From Phycisphaerae bacterium (GTDB taxonomy: Bacteria; Planctomycetota; Phycisphaerae; Sedimentisphaerales; UBA12454): DNA of 64,000 bases. Where the stretch lies: positions 42,073 through 106,072 of the forward strand of contig JBGOWI010000001.1 of the NCBI GenBank assembly GCA_041478555.1. Direction: 5' to 3'. This document shows, piece by piece, positions 8,747-18,069 of the stretch. Below the pieces are notes generated by a model. It had not been told where the DNA came from and did no database searches. It was given only the letters and a program-made list of their open reading frames with translations. The number at the start of each line of letters is the position of its first letter. Positions within the stretch are counted from its first letter, which is position 1. A program made the position numbers and the translations under genes.

Positions 8747-9794
8747 AGTTTAATTTCGCCCTTAGGGTCTCTGCGCGAAGAATATCTCTCTGTTCGGCAT
8801 CGAGATTTTGGCCTTTGTTTATCTGAAGATGGGCCGGCTGGGTAAGTAAAAACAATTCATTTATTGTGTCAATGGAGATTTCCTTGACTCTGCCCATATT
8901 GATTCCCATTCTGAGATTGCTCAAAAGGAACATCGCCTCGTGCGAGCTGATGAGCCTTGCACTTTTCAGTACGGCCAGTGCACGGGAAATTCTATCGTCG
9001 AGAATATTGGAATCTTTTACCAGTAATCTGTCGCGGGCAAGCCTTTCATATTCGACAATCTTTGGGATTATCACAGCCATGAACTCCTCGACAGTTTTTT
9101 CCTCGCTGATGCCGAGTGTAACCTGATTTGATACCTGAAAGAAGTCGCCGACCGCCTCGGTGCCTTCGCCGAACAAGCCGCGAACCGCAAGGTTCATATC
9201 CTTTGCAGCCTCGAACAGCTTCTTGAGCTGGTCGGTCATCTTGAGACCGGGCAGATGAAGCATCACAGAAACCCTGATGCCGGTGCCGAGATTGGTAGGG
9301 CAGGCGGTTAAAAAGCCCAGCTTCGGACTAAAGGCATACTCGATTTTTCTGCCGATGGCATCGTCAATATCGTTAATCCGCTGCCAGCATTTGTCCAGAT
9401 TAAGGCCGGCAGCCAAAACGCCAAGCCTTAAATGGTCCTCTTCGTTTATCTGAGCGGCAAAAAGTTCGTTTTTCGCGATTACAACACCTCGCGGCCCCTT
9501 TCCTGCTGCCAGATTGCGGCTGATAAGCTGTCTTTCAACGAGCAAATCTCGTTCAAGGCTGCTGCCGTGCGCTATATCGATAAAAAAGATATCGCCAAGC
9601 TCGCTGAGAGAAAGAATAGTCTCCTTGAGAATTTGCAGTATCTGCTGCTTTTGCTCATCATTACAGCGGGAAATGAACTTATGTCCCGACAGATTGCGCG
9701 CAAGCCTTATGCGCGACGATATCACAATATCGGATAAAGGAGCCTGGGGGCTGAACCACTGTGAAAGTTTCGAGCTTAATTCATTAAGTCTCAT
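8745..9794 (-). CDS. mcsB: protein arginine kinase (ATP:guanido phosphotransferase)
   Basis: SSRIRLARNLSGHKF and CPTNLGTGIRVSVMLHLPGL are guanido-kinase active-site motifs. 349 aa. Its start overlaps the mcsA stop by 4 nt. Confidence 0.85.
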   Translation of the reverse strand: MRLNELSSKLSQWFSPQAPLSDIVISSRIRLARNLSGHKFISRCNDEQKQQILQILKETILSLSELGDIFFIDIAHGSSLERDLLVERQLISRNLAAGKGPRGVVIAKNELFAAQINEEDHLRLGVLAAGLNLDKCWQRINDIDDAIGRKIEYAFSPKLGFLTACPTNLGTGIRVSVMLHLPGLKMTDQLKKLFEAAKDMNLAVRGLFGEGTEAVGDFFQVSNQVTLGISEEKTVEEFMAVIIPKIVEYERLARDRLLVKDSNILDDRISRALAVLKSARLISSHEAMFLLSNLRMGINMGRVKEISIDTINELFLLTQPAHLQINKGQNLDAEQRDILRAETLRAKLN

Positions 9795-10351
9795 TGCAGC
9801 GCCTTCAACCTGTCTCTGAGTTTTGCAGCAAGTTCGTAATCCTCATCACGGACGGCTTTTTCAAGCTGCTTTTTGAGTGTTTCAATTTCATTTTCAGTTT
9901 TTATTTTTTCTTCCTCCTTCGCAGCATTGCTGCGGAGGACAGGCTCCTCCTTCGCGGCATCGCTGCACAGAACAGGCGGTGTTGCACCCACAGGAATTTT
10001 GCCTTTATGTGTCAGATTACCGTCATGAGCCTTTTCTATAATCTGCTCCAGAGACTTTCCGAAAACTTCATAGTCATTCGGACAGCCGAGCAGGGCATTT
10101 TTGCGGAACATTTCCATCGTCATGCCGCAAACAGGGCAGCTCGTCCGGCCTTCATCTCCGAGCTGCTCATCTGTCTGCTGGTGTGCAGCAATCAGAGAAC
10201 TTAAAAGCTCATTGAGCGAAAGCTGACTTTTTGTCGTTATGCCCTCTTTCTGGGCACAGCTCTGGCAAAGATGACTTTCAGTCCTCTGGCCGTCAACTAT
10301 CTCGGTCAGATGAATTGTAGCCGTCCTGGTTTTGCATATCTCACACTGCAT
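9791..10351 (-). CDS. mcsA: McsA-like UvrB/UvrC-motif zinc-finger protein (activator of McsB)
   Basis: Cys pairs CEICK..CQSC and CPVCG..GCPNDY. C-terminal UVR motif VRDEDYELAAKLRDRLKAL. Translationally coupled to mcsB. Confidence 0.8.
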   Translation of the reverse strand: MQCEICKTRTATIHLTEIVDGQRTESHLCQSCAQKEGITTKSQLSLNELLSSLIAAHQQTDEQLGDEGRTSCPVCGMTMEMFRKNALLGCPNDYEVFGKSLEQIIEKAHDGNLTHKGKIPVGATPPVLCSDAAKEEPVLRSNAAKEEEKIKTENEIETLKKQLEKAVRDEDYELAAKLRDRLKALQ

Positions 10352-10428
10352 AAGTCTCTGCTTATAAATAAGTTATGTATAAGTCCTGCCCTGGCACCGT
10401 TACTAATATCGGCAATAAAACAAAAAGA

Positions 10429-10803
10429 CTAAACAGGTAACCTTTCGCTGTATCTGGCCCGGCAGCCTGCTGTCTCTGTTACTTCTACGTATAAAAGGCT
10501 GATTCGTTCCGGCAGGCGGTTTTTTATACTGTCATAAATATATCGGGCAACATTTTCGGCTGAAGTATTCATATTTTCAAAGCATCGGCAGTCTTCAAGT
10601 TTTCGGCCGTCAAGCCAGCTGACTATACCGTCCAGAATCTTTTTTAGTTTATTAAAGTCAAAGAGCAGCTCATTTCCATCAAGATTTTCGCCGCCGACAG
10701 CAGCTTCCACTATCCACTCGTGGACGTGATACGGTTCTGTCGTGGAAGCGATTTTAAGCTGATGACCCGCACGAAAGTCTGTTGTTACCGATATCGTATA
10801 CAA
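10429..10803 (-). CDS. 6-pyruvoyl-tetrahydropterin synthase family protein (QueD-like)
   Basis: 124 aa. FRAGHQL ... YHVHEW resembles the PTPS/QueD F-x-A-A-H ... H-G-H pattern but is not canonical. Confidence 0.55.
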   Translation of the reverse strand: MYTISVTTDFRAGHQLKIASTTEPYHVHEWIVEAAVGGENLDGNELLFDFNKLKKILDGIVSWLDGRKLEDCRCFENMNTSAENVARYIYDSIKNRLPERISLLYVEVTETAGCRARYSERLPV

Positions 10804-10814
10804 TTTTTTTGGTC

Positions 10815-11315
10815 CTATCCAGCGCCTTTTTCGGCGAGTCTTTTCTGCAGTTTTTCATAGACGCTCTGTGGAATCAGGTTCGATACATTGCCGCCAAGCG
10901 CTGCAATCTCTCTGATAAGAGCCGAACTTGTAAAGCCGTATTGCTCGCCAGTCATAACGAAAACCGTCTCAATACCCGCTACCGCACGGTTTGTCATAGC
11001 AAGCTGAAATTCATACTGAACGTCAGTCAAATTCCGCAGACCCCGCAAAATTACCGTTGCGCCTACGCTTGCGGCATATTCGACAGTAAGACAATTATAG
11101 CTTTGAACGCTTACGGCTGGGATGTCTGCAACGAGCGGCTTTATCATTTCGACTCGCTCTTGCAAAGTAAAGAGCGGCTCTTTTACGGGGCTGTTGCCCA
11201 CAGCGACAATCAGTTCGTCGAAAAGTTTTATGCTGCGCCTGATTACGTCCAAATGGCCATTGGTTATCGGGTCAAATGAACCCGGAAAAACCGCTCTGAC
11301 AAATTTGTTTGCCAT
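10815..11315 (-). CDS. coaD: pantetheine-phosphate adenylyltransferase
   Basis: AVFPGSFDPITNGHLDVIRRS (nucleotidyltransferase T/HxGH motif), 166 aa. Confidence 0.9.
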   Translation of the reverse strand: MANKFVRAVFPGSFDPITNGHLDVIRRSIKLFDELIVAVGNSPVKEPLFTLQERVEMIKPLVADIPAVSVQSYNCLTVEYAASVGATVILRGLRNLTDVQYEFQLAMTNRAVAGIETVFVMTGEQYGFTSSALIREIAALGGNVSNLIPQSVYEKLQKRLAEKGAG

Positions 11316-11447
11316 ATCACGCCTTTCAATTCAGGATACATAGAGATTATAACCGAAATGAACCCTGCGTCAAATAGCGGAAAAGAAGAAAAAAACCCGT
11401 GAAGACCTTGAAATTGATATTATTTTCACAAAGGTTGGAAATAAAAA

Positions 11448-13673
11448 CTAATCGGCCTGTTTACTCTTTGAATTTTTATCTTCAAGGGACTTAAGATAGT
11501 TTTGAAGCTGGGACACTGCTTCGTCCTGCTTATGGTTTTTCATCAGTTGGATATATTTTTTCAGCACCTCAATTGCTTCATCGTATCGTCCCTGTTCTTC
11601 CAATGCTCTTATGAGATTATTGTAATAAGCCGGCTCGTCAGGATTCAAGGTAAGCGCTTCCTTGAAGGCTTCGGTAGCCGCCTTGAAGTCTCCCATTTCG
11701 ACAAGAGTATCACCGAGACGTCTCCAGCTTTCGTGGTGAGTAGGCCTTTCGGTTATTTCTCCTCGAAATCCCTCTGCAGCCTGGCGAAACTGCTCCATTG
11801 CCTGCTCTGATTTTTCTAGTCCTTCTAAAGCTATACCTAAACTGTAATAAATGCTCGCTACGCTGATTTTACGTTCGGCCTTGTCATTGTATTCGATAGC
11901 TTTATTGAAAGCCTCTGCTGCTTTCTCCAATTCACCCATTGTGCCATACATAATCCCAATTTCATTGTATGATTGTATGGAAGCCATAGGAAGAGCCTTT
12001 ATGGCTGAGAGATAATTTTTGATGCTTTCTGCAAACTGTCCTTTTTCTTCAAGTTCCTCGGCCCGCTCAAAGTATTTTTCGGCTGAAATCTCCTTTGCAC
12101 TATTGCGGACCACCGGGGCGAGCAGATTTTCTACAGGGCAGTAGTCGTCTGTTAAAACAAGATGTCGGGATTTCTGCCTGAGCTTGTCGATATCCGAATC
12201 GTCCAGATACCATAGTTTCAGCTCTCCCCCTTTGTATTGTGGAATGATATTTTTCAAATCCAGTTTGTGTTTGGCAGCGACAATCACAAAAGTGTTACGG
12301 GATGAGCGAGGTTCGTTGTCAGCTGCTACATAAACGTAAGGGAATGTTTTTTCAAGTGTATTTATGAACGAGCCAAGGAACAGGCCGGAATCAAAAATAT
12401 CCAGCAGGTTTATCATATATACACCGTCATCGCTGAGAATTTCAGAAAGCTTTTCATCGAATTGTCGTGTTACAAGCTGAAACGGCACTGAATAATCATT
12501 AAAGGCGTCACCATAAATAAAATCGTATTGCGGTGTTTCTTTGCCACTGTGTTTTTGCTCGAGCAGTCTGTCAACGTAGTTGCGGGCATCCATATTGATG
12601 GTGTTTATCGTCGTATTCTTTTCCAGACCAAAAGCTATCATCGCTGCTTTGGTTACAGCAGGGTCGATTTCAGCGACATCTATCCTGCTGCCCGGCCAGA
12701 CCTTTTCAATATATCTGGGGAAAACGTATCCGCCGCCGCCAATAGCCATCACACAGAGCTTTTCTTTATTTTTGGCCAGTCCCTCTGTTACCGCAGCATA
12801 AACTTTCGTATAAGAATATTGCAGGTTAAGTATGTCGTCCATCAGGATATCACTGTGCCTCAGTTTATCCTGCAAAAAGAGACGTCTGTTTGGATTATCG
12901 ACTGCCTGTCTGACAGTGATATGGTAATATCTGCTTTCGTCTTCGTAGAGAATTTTTGGGTCTGGCTGTGCTCTAAGTGCGATGGATGCACCGGCTTTTT
13001 TGGCCCATTCAGCGGGTATCATTGCCATAGTCATCAGGGCAATGAAAACTACTGCCCATATGGATAAAGGCCAGAATCTAAACCAATATAGGATGCTAAG
13101 CAGCAGTAAAACGACTCCGATTACCCAGATAATAGTTATGGTTCCCATCGCGGCTATCAGCCAGTAACCGGCTGTGAATGTTCCTGCAATACTGCCGGCC
13201 GCTCCCCACGCATAGATGTCTCCTATGGTTCTGCCTGTTGATAGTCCCCGGTCGAGGGCCATCTTCGCAACCACTGGACTTATCGTTCCCAGCAGTGTGG
13301 ATGGAAGCAGGAATACTATAGCGACATGTGTAAACACGTGCATAGGCCAGTTGAGGTGCCACAGCCATATCCACTTGCCTGCGAGGTTATTTAGGATTAC
13401 TGTCACAATGCAGGTAGCCGAACAGACAGCGAAAAGCACAGCTATGGTCTTTCTTGGAGGAAATTTATCTGCGATTCGGCCGCCGAGATAATTACCTATT
13501 GTAATGCCGGCCAGAATTACGCCGATTACCGCTGTCCAGGTATACAGAGATGAGCCGAGGTAGCGGGCAATCAGTCTGCTGGCAACAAGCTCCAGCACCA
13601 TAATGCAGAAGCTCGAAATAAATACAGTAGCGCTGGGAATGAAAATTGATATGAAACTTTTGGATTTGCTCAT
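11448..13673 (-). CDS. fused polytopic membrane / spermidine-synthase-like / TPR-repeat protein
   Basis: The N-terminus has many hydrophobic helices. The central VMAIGGGGYVFPRY ... VAEIDPAV is a class I methyltransferase / aminopropyltransferase fold. The C-terminus has TPR-like repeats (AEAFNKAIEYN, ATEAFKEALTLNPDEP). Confidence 0.7.
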   Translation of the reverse strand: MSKSKSFISIFIPSATVFISSFCIMVLELVASRLIARYLGSSLYTWTAVIGVILAGITIGNYLGGRIADKFPPRKTIAVLFAVCSATCIVTVILNNLAGKWIWLWHLNWPMHVFTHVAIVFLLPSTLLGTISPVVAKMALDRGLSTGRTIGDIYAWGAAGSIAGTFTAGYWLIAAMGTITIIWVIGVVLLLLSILYWFRFWPLSIWAVVFIALMTMAMIPAEWAKKAGASIALRAQPDPKILYEDESRYYHITVRQAVDNPNRRLFLQDKLRHSDILMDDILNLQYSYTKVYAAVTEGLAKNKEKLCVMAIGGGGYVFPRYIEKVWPGSRIDVAEIDPAVTKAAMIAFGLEKNTTINTINMDARNYVDRLLEQKHSGKETPQYDFIYGDAFNDYSVPFQLVTRQFDEKLSEILSDDGVYMINLLDIFDSGLFLGSFINTLEKTFPYVYVAADNEPRSSRNTFVIVAAKHKLDLKNIIPQYKGGELKLWYLDDSDIDKLRQKSRHLVLTDDYCPVENLLAPVVRNSAKEISAEKYFERAEELEEKGQFAESIKNYLSAIKALPMASIQSYNEIGIMYGTMGELEKAAEAFNKAIEYNDKAERKISVASIYYSLGIALEGLEKSEQAMEQFRQAAEGFRGEITERPTHHESWRRLGDTLVEMGDFKAATEAFKEALTLNPDEPAYYNNLIRALEEQGRYDEAIEVLKKYIQLMKNHKQDEAVSQLQNYLKSLEDKNSKSKQAD

Positions 13674-13817
13674 AGTTTATTTTCCTTACTTTATCGCGGG
13701 TAAGATATATCGAAGGGGAATATAGCAAATTTGCCTGTTTTCCACAAGAGGGTTTTCAGCAGGCAATTAGTCTGCCGAGAAGGGCCTTTTTAAGGGTTAA
13801 AAATCTTTTCGCAAACT

Positions 13818-14972
13818 TCAGGCGCCAAAGTTTTGGATGAAGGCCTGCTCGGATTTTGTCAAAGCAGCAATACCGCCAAGCCTCTGCGCATTATACCTGA
13901 CAAATAACGAGCTGCAAACGACCTGCTCGACAATTGAAGCAGATTTAATACTGCCGATGACAAACAGGCCGAGATTTTTTACGAGAAATGCAACAGGAGG
14001 TTTCTGCCCCTTTGCAATTTGTTTTTTCAGACCGGCGGCAATCTTATCTTCTTGAAGTTTTTCCAGCCAAACAGCAGGGCCGTTACAGTAAATAATCTCG
14101 TTCGGATTCAAAGGGCCGGCCTTAAGCAGTCGGCCTGCGTCTCTCTTTTTTGCAAAAGCTGATATTACATTGTTATGAAAAAAATGTAGCGCCTGATTTT
14201 GGCCGGTTGCTTTGAAAAATGCATCTTTGATTACCAGTTTTGCATTTCTTATGGCTTTGACATCAGGTTTTTTAATCTTTTTGGCAGCAGGGCAGGTTAA
14301 TTTCTTTCCGCAGCGGTTTATTACCTTCCAAACAAGCCGCAGGGCCTGCGCCGGTTTGGCAGCGGAAATAAAAAGACCGTGCTTTTCGAGAAATAATATT
14401 TGAGGCAGCTGGCCGTGCTTTTTCTGATATTTGCTGCTCAAGTCCGCAATTTTTTTCGCAAGAGCAAAGCCGGGATTGGCATAGGGAACCCATAATGGCG
14501 GAAACATTTCACAGGCAAATAATTTCTCAATTTTCACTTTGCCGTTTTTTGAATTTACAAAAACGCCGACAGTAGTCGGGTGAAGGTGAATAACGCACTT
14601 ATCGAGAAAGGCGTGGAGATTAGCCTCGATGGAAGGGCGAAAATTTCCTTTTGTATTATCCTCGCAGGCGGCCAGCAGCCGTCCGGCAACCGCAGTTTCT
14701 CGTTTCCGCAAACCAAGTTTCGCAAGTTTTTTGTCTTTGATTATCCCTCGAACTTTTGCAAGGGTCATTCTTCGCCAGCCTTTATTTTTGCTCATATCCC
14801 CCATCGCTGTGCCGCTTGCCTTTACGAACATAAATCTTTCGTCGGATGTCTTTACGCTCGTATTTCCGCTGCCGCCCTGAACAAGCCAGGGGTCTTTGCC
14901 CACCCTGCGGCTAATCTCTATCAGTTCCGTAAGTCCCGCACCTTCTTTATGTTCTTTTAATCTGCGTTTCAT
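13818..14972 (-). CDS. class II aldolase/adducin-domain protein (like the N-terminal half of aldolase/short-chain dehydrogenase fusions)
   Basis: LVQGGSGNTSVK motif near the N-terminus, and IHLHP. 384 aa. The assignment comes from remembered motif similarity only. Confidence 0.45.
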   Translation of the reverse strand: MKRRLKEHKEGAGLTELIEISRRVGKDPWLVQGGSGNTSVKTSDERFMFVKASGTAMGDMSKNKGWRRMTLAKVRGIIKDKKLAKLGLRKRETAVAGRLLAACEDNTKGNFRPSIEANLHAFLDKCVIHLHPTTVGVFVNSKNGKVKIEKLFACEMFPPLWVPYANPGFALAKKIADLSSKYQKKHGQLPQILFLEKHGLFISAAKPAQALRLVWKVINRCGKKLTCPAAKKIKKPDVKAIRNAKLVIKDAFFKATGQNQALHFFHNNVISAFAKKRDAGRLLKAGPLNPNEIIYCNGPAVWLEKLQEDKIAAGLKKQIAKGQKPPVAFLVKNLGLFVIGSIKSASIVEQVVCSSLFVRYNAQRLGGIAALTKSEQAFIQNFGA

Positions 14973-15001
14973 ATTATTGGCATTTCCAACCGGTTATTTA
15001 T

Positions 15002-15050
15002 CCCGCCACCTTCTTTTTATTCTTTTCTAAATATTTTAGAAGGTGCGGGG
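15002..15050. repeat. CCCGCACCTTC / GAAGGTGCGGG hairpin repeat (copy)
   Basis: CCCGCCACCTTC ... GAAGGTGCGGGG. The same arms recur at 16962-17008 and 29614-29721, with a half-site at 20042-20050. Confidence 0.65.
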
Positions 15051-15413
15051 TTCATTTTTGCCTGCTTTAAATAATGTAGGCTACATTTGACAGGTTTTTT
15101 TTGCAAGCAAAACCTGTCCTGAGTTTGACCTGTGGTGAGCGCAGTCGAACTGTCGAAGGATGGGGGACAAAAACCTCGCAAAAAGGCAACAGAGCAAATA
15201 TAATTTAACAGCCGAAGAATATGTAATGTAGAGCATGGAATATAGAAGGGACTGATTATGAGAATATCAGTTGAGGAAGTTTTTGAAACGGTAAGAATGA
15301 CTATCGAGCAGAGCTTCGATAGGAAGAATACCTGCACAAATCCAGGCGTTAAGGAATTAAAAAGTTAAAATTTTAATCTGCTGTGTTTCGTTTATCGGTA
15401 CTTTTAGTTTATC

Positions 15414-15454
15414 GTTTACAGTTTGCTGTTCACTGTAAACTGTTCACTGTAAAC
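15414..15454. promoter_or_regulatory. perfect 14-nt tandem duplication TGTTCACTGTAAAC x2 with an upstream inverted GTTTACAG; candidate operator
   Basis: Read directly: GTTTACAG at 15414-15421, unit 1 at 15427-15440, unit 2 at 15441-15454. It lies about 80 nt upstream of the ORF starting at 15537. Confidence 0.3.
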
Positions 15455-15536
15455 TTTTCATTTACGAGTCGCGCAACCACAACCGTTTGACGATTTTATT
15501 TAATCGGTGTAATCCGCGTAATCCGTGGTTTGAAAG

Positions 15537-16115
15537 ATGTGGAATATTTTTGAATATCCGTTTGTCGGCATTGGACTTGCAGTTGTTTCGATGATTGCCC
15601 TTTGGATTTTCGGGGCGTTTTGTCCTGCCAAGAAACGCCGGTGGCATTTTGCTGTGCCTTTCGTAATTGCAATTCTGGCGTTTGCAGTCGCATTTTTTGT
15701 TCAGACCGACAGAGAAAAAATCCTCAGCGCTGTAAGCAAAGGCATCAAGGCTTTCGAGCTGCAAAACATAGAGCCCGTTAGCCAAATAATTGCTGATGAT
15801 TATTCCGATGCTGCACATAGTTTAAAAGAGCTGATACTTGCCTATTGTCAGGCTCTTTTTCAGACTGCAGCAGTGGAAAAAGTAACCACGTTCAGCAGAA
15901 ATACTGAAATCAACGGCGTAAAGGCAGTTTTTACAACTGAAGCTCTTGTCAAATTTACAGAAAACAGCGAAATCGCACAGATGGGCAAGGCATTTCTGAT
16001 TGTAAAGGCAAGATTCTATTTTAAAAAGACGCCGGCCAAAAAATGGCTTATAAACAGTTCTGAAATCCTCGAACTGGATAGAAATCCGGTCAGCTGGAAC
16101 CAGCTCCGCAATTAG
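15537..16115 (+). CDS. hypothetical membrane-anchored protein
   Basis: Two N-terminal hydrophobic helices (VGIGLAVVSMIALWIFGAF, FAVPFVIAILAFAVAFFV) followed by a soluble domain of about 120 aa. No recognisable motif. Confidence 0.5.
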   Translation: MWNIFEYPFVGIGLAVVSMIALWIFGAFCPAKKRRWHFAVPFVIAILAFAVAFFVQTDREKILSAVSKGIKAFELQNIEPVSQIIADDYSDAAHSLKELILAYCQALFQTAAVEKVTTFSRNTEINGVKAVFTTEALVKFTENSEIAQMGKAFLIVKARFYFKKTPAKKWLINSSEILELDRNPVSWNQLRN

Positions 16116-16265
16116 GTTATTTATTGATTCCTGTCCAACCAATGGTACTGCACAAGGGATTTATATTTAACCAATGTTATAAGTAATTACCCAAAAAAAA
16201 GTTATAAATTAAAGAAAATATTTTTATAAAATAGTTAAATATTTACTTTACTTTTAATAATATTA

Positions 16266-16274
16266 TGGTATAAT
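16266..16274 (+). promoter_or_regulatory. extended -10 element TGgTATAAT
   Basis: TATGGTATAATAC lies about 28 nt upstream of the ATG at 16302, within a very AT-rich leader. Confidence 0.45.
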
Positions 16275-16301
16275 ACACCAAAATAAATTTGGAAAACTGT
16301 G

Positions 16302-16961
16302 ATGGCTGCTAAATGCAAAATCAATTACGTGATGTTGAAAGTAAAAGGTAATATAGTCAAACTTGACCCTGATGTTTATTACCGGATTGTGAACACAAAT
16401 CCTGAATTTCGAAGAAAATTCCAAAGGCCGTTAAATCTCGACAAAGATGGTTACATCTCTGTTCGCATTGGCAGTCATCCCACAAAACGTCAGAGTCTTT
16501 CTCATTTTGTGATGGACGCCCGGCCTGGCCAGATTGTTGACCATATCAATGGAAACCCGTTCGATAATCGCAGGGTCAATCTTAGGCCGGTGGACTTTCG
16601 TCAAAATAAATTAAACTGCAAATGCACTAATGCTACCGGTTTTTACGGCGTTTTAATCAAAGCAGATAGAGGTTATAAATATTATTTCGCGCAGTTTTAT
16701 ACTAAGCAGGGCAAACGATTGACTTTCAATACGCCGTTTACGGATGAGGGTTTGCTCCTTGCCGCTTTGGCGCACGACAGGTTCGTTTTTCAAAATGAGG
16801 AAGAGAACTACGCACGGCTTAATTTTGAGAATTTTAAATTCAAAACGTTTAAATATTTATTGTTAAACGCCGATTTGGATGAAATAAAAAAACAAATCAA
16901 AAATTCGCCGGCTTTACCCGCCGTAATTTCCCCGCCTAAGGCGCACGACCGCGATATTTAG
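16302..16961 (+). CDS. HNH homing-endonuclease-like protein with AP2-type DNA-binding domain
   Basis: GQIVDHINGNPFDNRRVNLRPV is an HNH_3-type motif. It is followed by TGFYGVLIKADRGYKYYFAQFYTKQGKRLTF..LLAALAHDRF, which is AP2-like. The architecture is typical of phage homing endonucleases. Confidence 0.7.
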   Translation: MAAKCKINYVMLKVKGNIVKLDPDVYYRIVNTNPEFRRKFQRPLNLDKDGYISVRIGSHPTKRQSLSHFVMDARPGQIVDHINGNPFDNRRVNLRPVDFRQNKLNCKCTNATGFYGVLIKADRGYKYYFAQFYTKQGKRLTFNTPFTDEGLLLAALAHDRFVFQNEEENYARLNFENFKFKTFKYLLLNADLDEIKKQIKNSPALPAVISPPKAHDRDI

Positions 16962-17008
16962 CCCCGCACCTTCAGTTGATTCAAATTCGAATATTCGAAG
17001 GTGCGGGG
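16962..17008 (+). terminator. 12-bp-stem hairpin CCCCGCACCTTC..GAAGGTGCGGGG directly after the stop
   Basis: The arms at 16962-16973 and 16997-17008 are perfect complements. The stop codon is at 16959-16961. No T-run follows; a -35 box follows instead. Confidence 0.5.
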
Positions 17009-17037
17009 TTGACTTTGAAAAGAAAAAGAGATAGAAT
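17009..17037 (+). promoter_or_regulatory. near-consensus sigma70-type promoter TTGACT-17-TAGAAT (cassette copy 1)
   Basis: TTGACT at 17009-17014, 17-nt spacer TTGAAAAGAAAAAGAGA, TAGAAT at 17032-17037. Copy 2 at 18041-18069 differs by one base. Confidence 0.6.
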
Positions 17038-17145
17038 TTTGTGCGTCATGGATGAAGCAACAGAGGAAAATTAAAAATCAAAAAGCAAAAGTCTACCTAA
17101 ACAGAGAGAATCGATTTTTTTATTAGTGACTAGCGAGAGTGACTT

Positions 17146-17631
17146 ATGAGATGGATTAAAGATTTTTGTCTTGAGATATTGAAAAAGTTAAAAGAGAATA
17201 TTGCTGCCGCAATATCATTATCTTTTCTTTTTGTCATATCTTATGTTTTTAAAAAATATTTAATGAAAGAGTATACTTTTACTCTACCTCTTTGGGTATG
17301 GATTGCTCTTTGCATTGTCATTTCCAGCACAACCGTAATCATATTAAAGATGATTGACTACCGACATAAACCAAAAGTCCTTATGGATAAAGATGATATA
17401 TTCAATAAACTTCATTGGTGGTTAGGGCAACAAATATGTTTTGTAAAAGAACAAACAGATGACAATAGAGTAGTTACTTGGCATTTCAACTTAATCGATA
17501 AAAAACTAGGACTTAAATCTGGAAGTGCTAAAAAATTCTTACCAGCAATGTTTGACACCAAGCCTAAACCATTTCCTATTACTATGCTGAACAAAGGTGA
17601 AGAAACTATCGCAATCCGCTATGATTTATGA
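17146..17631 (+). CDS. hypothetical two-helix membrane protein
   Basis: Hydrophobic helices AAAISLSFLFVISYVF and LPLWVWIALCIVISSTTVIIL, then a soluble C-terminal domain of about 90 aa. AT-rich codon usage. Confidence 0.55.
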   Translation: MRWIKDFCLEILKKLKENIAAAISLSFLFVISYVFKKYLMKEYTFTLPLWVWIALCIVISSTTVIILKMIDYRHKPKVLMDKDDIFNKLHWWLGQQICFVKEQTDDNRVVTWHFNLIDKKLGLKSGSAKKFLPAMFDTKPKPFPITMLNKGEETIAIRYDL

Positions 17632-17692
17632 CTTTGGCCATGGTTTCAATTTAGACTAATAAAATTATAAATGACAGAATAGGAGAAACAAA

Positions 17693-18019
17693 ATGCCGCG
17701 ATTTGAGGAATTGCGTCAGCCTTTGTCCGAGATTTTAACAGAGGATACTGGTTCATATTGGCTTGCCTATCAAATTTTGGAACGCTTGCGTATTCGTTTT
17801 CCTGAAATTCTCAGAGAACTGGAGGAACGATATGGTACAGGTTATGGAGTTGGTGGTGGACACCAATTCAGACCTGATAGCGCAATAGCATTATGTTTAT
17901 TCGACTGGCCGGAATGTGTTGAGACAAGAATGTTAAGAGGTAACGGTTTACGAATCGGAGAAATCATAGCAACAGATGATAGGATGGGAATATATCGCTG
18001 GATAGGACCAGTTACATAA
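17693..18019 (+). CDS. hypothetical small cytoplasmic protein
   Basis: 108-aa ORF behind AGGAGAAACAAAATG (a strong Shine-Dalgarno). No recognisable motif. Confidence 0.55.
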   Translation: MPRFEELRQPLSEILTEDTGSYWLAYQILERLRIRFPEILRELEERYGTGYGVGGGHQFRPDSAIALCLFDWPECVETRMLRGNGLRIGEIIATDDRMGIYRWIGPVT

Positions 18020-18040
18020 AAAAGGTTGATAAAAATTCGG

Positions 18041-18069
18041 TTGAGTTTGAAAAGAAAAAGAGATAGAAT
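18041..18069 (+). promoter_or_regulatory. promoter cassette copy 2, TTGAGT-17-TAGAAT
   Basis: TTGAGTTTGAAAAGAAAAAGAGATAGAAT. The spacer and -10 are identical to copy 1. Confidence 0.55.

Noticed and set aside
15017-15337. 106-aa minus-strand ORF
   Set aside because: It spans REP-type hairpins and intergenic repeat sequence (GTCGAACTGTCGAAGGATGG-type), so it is most likely a translated repeat.
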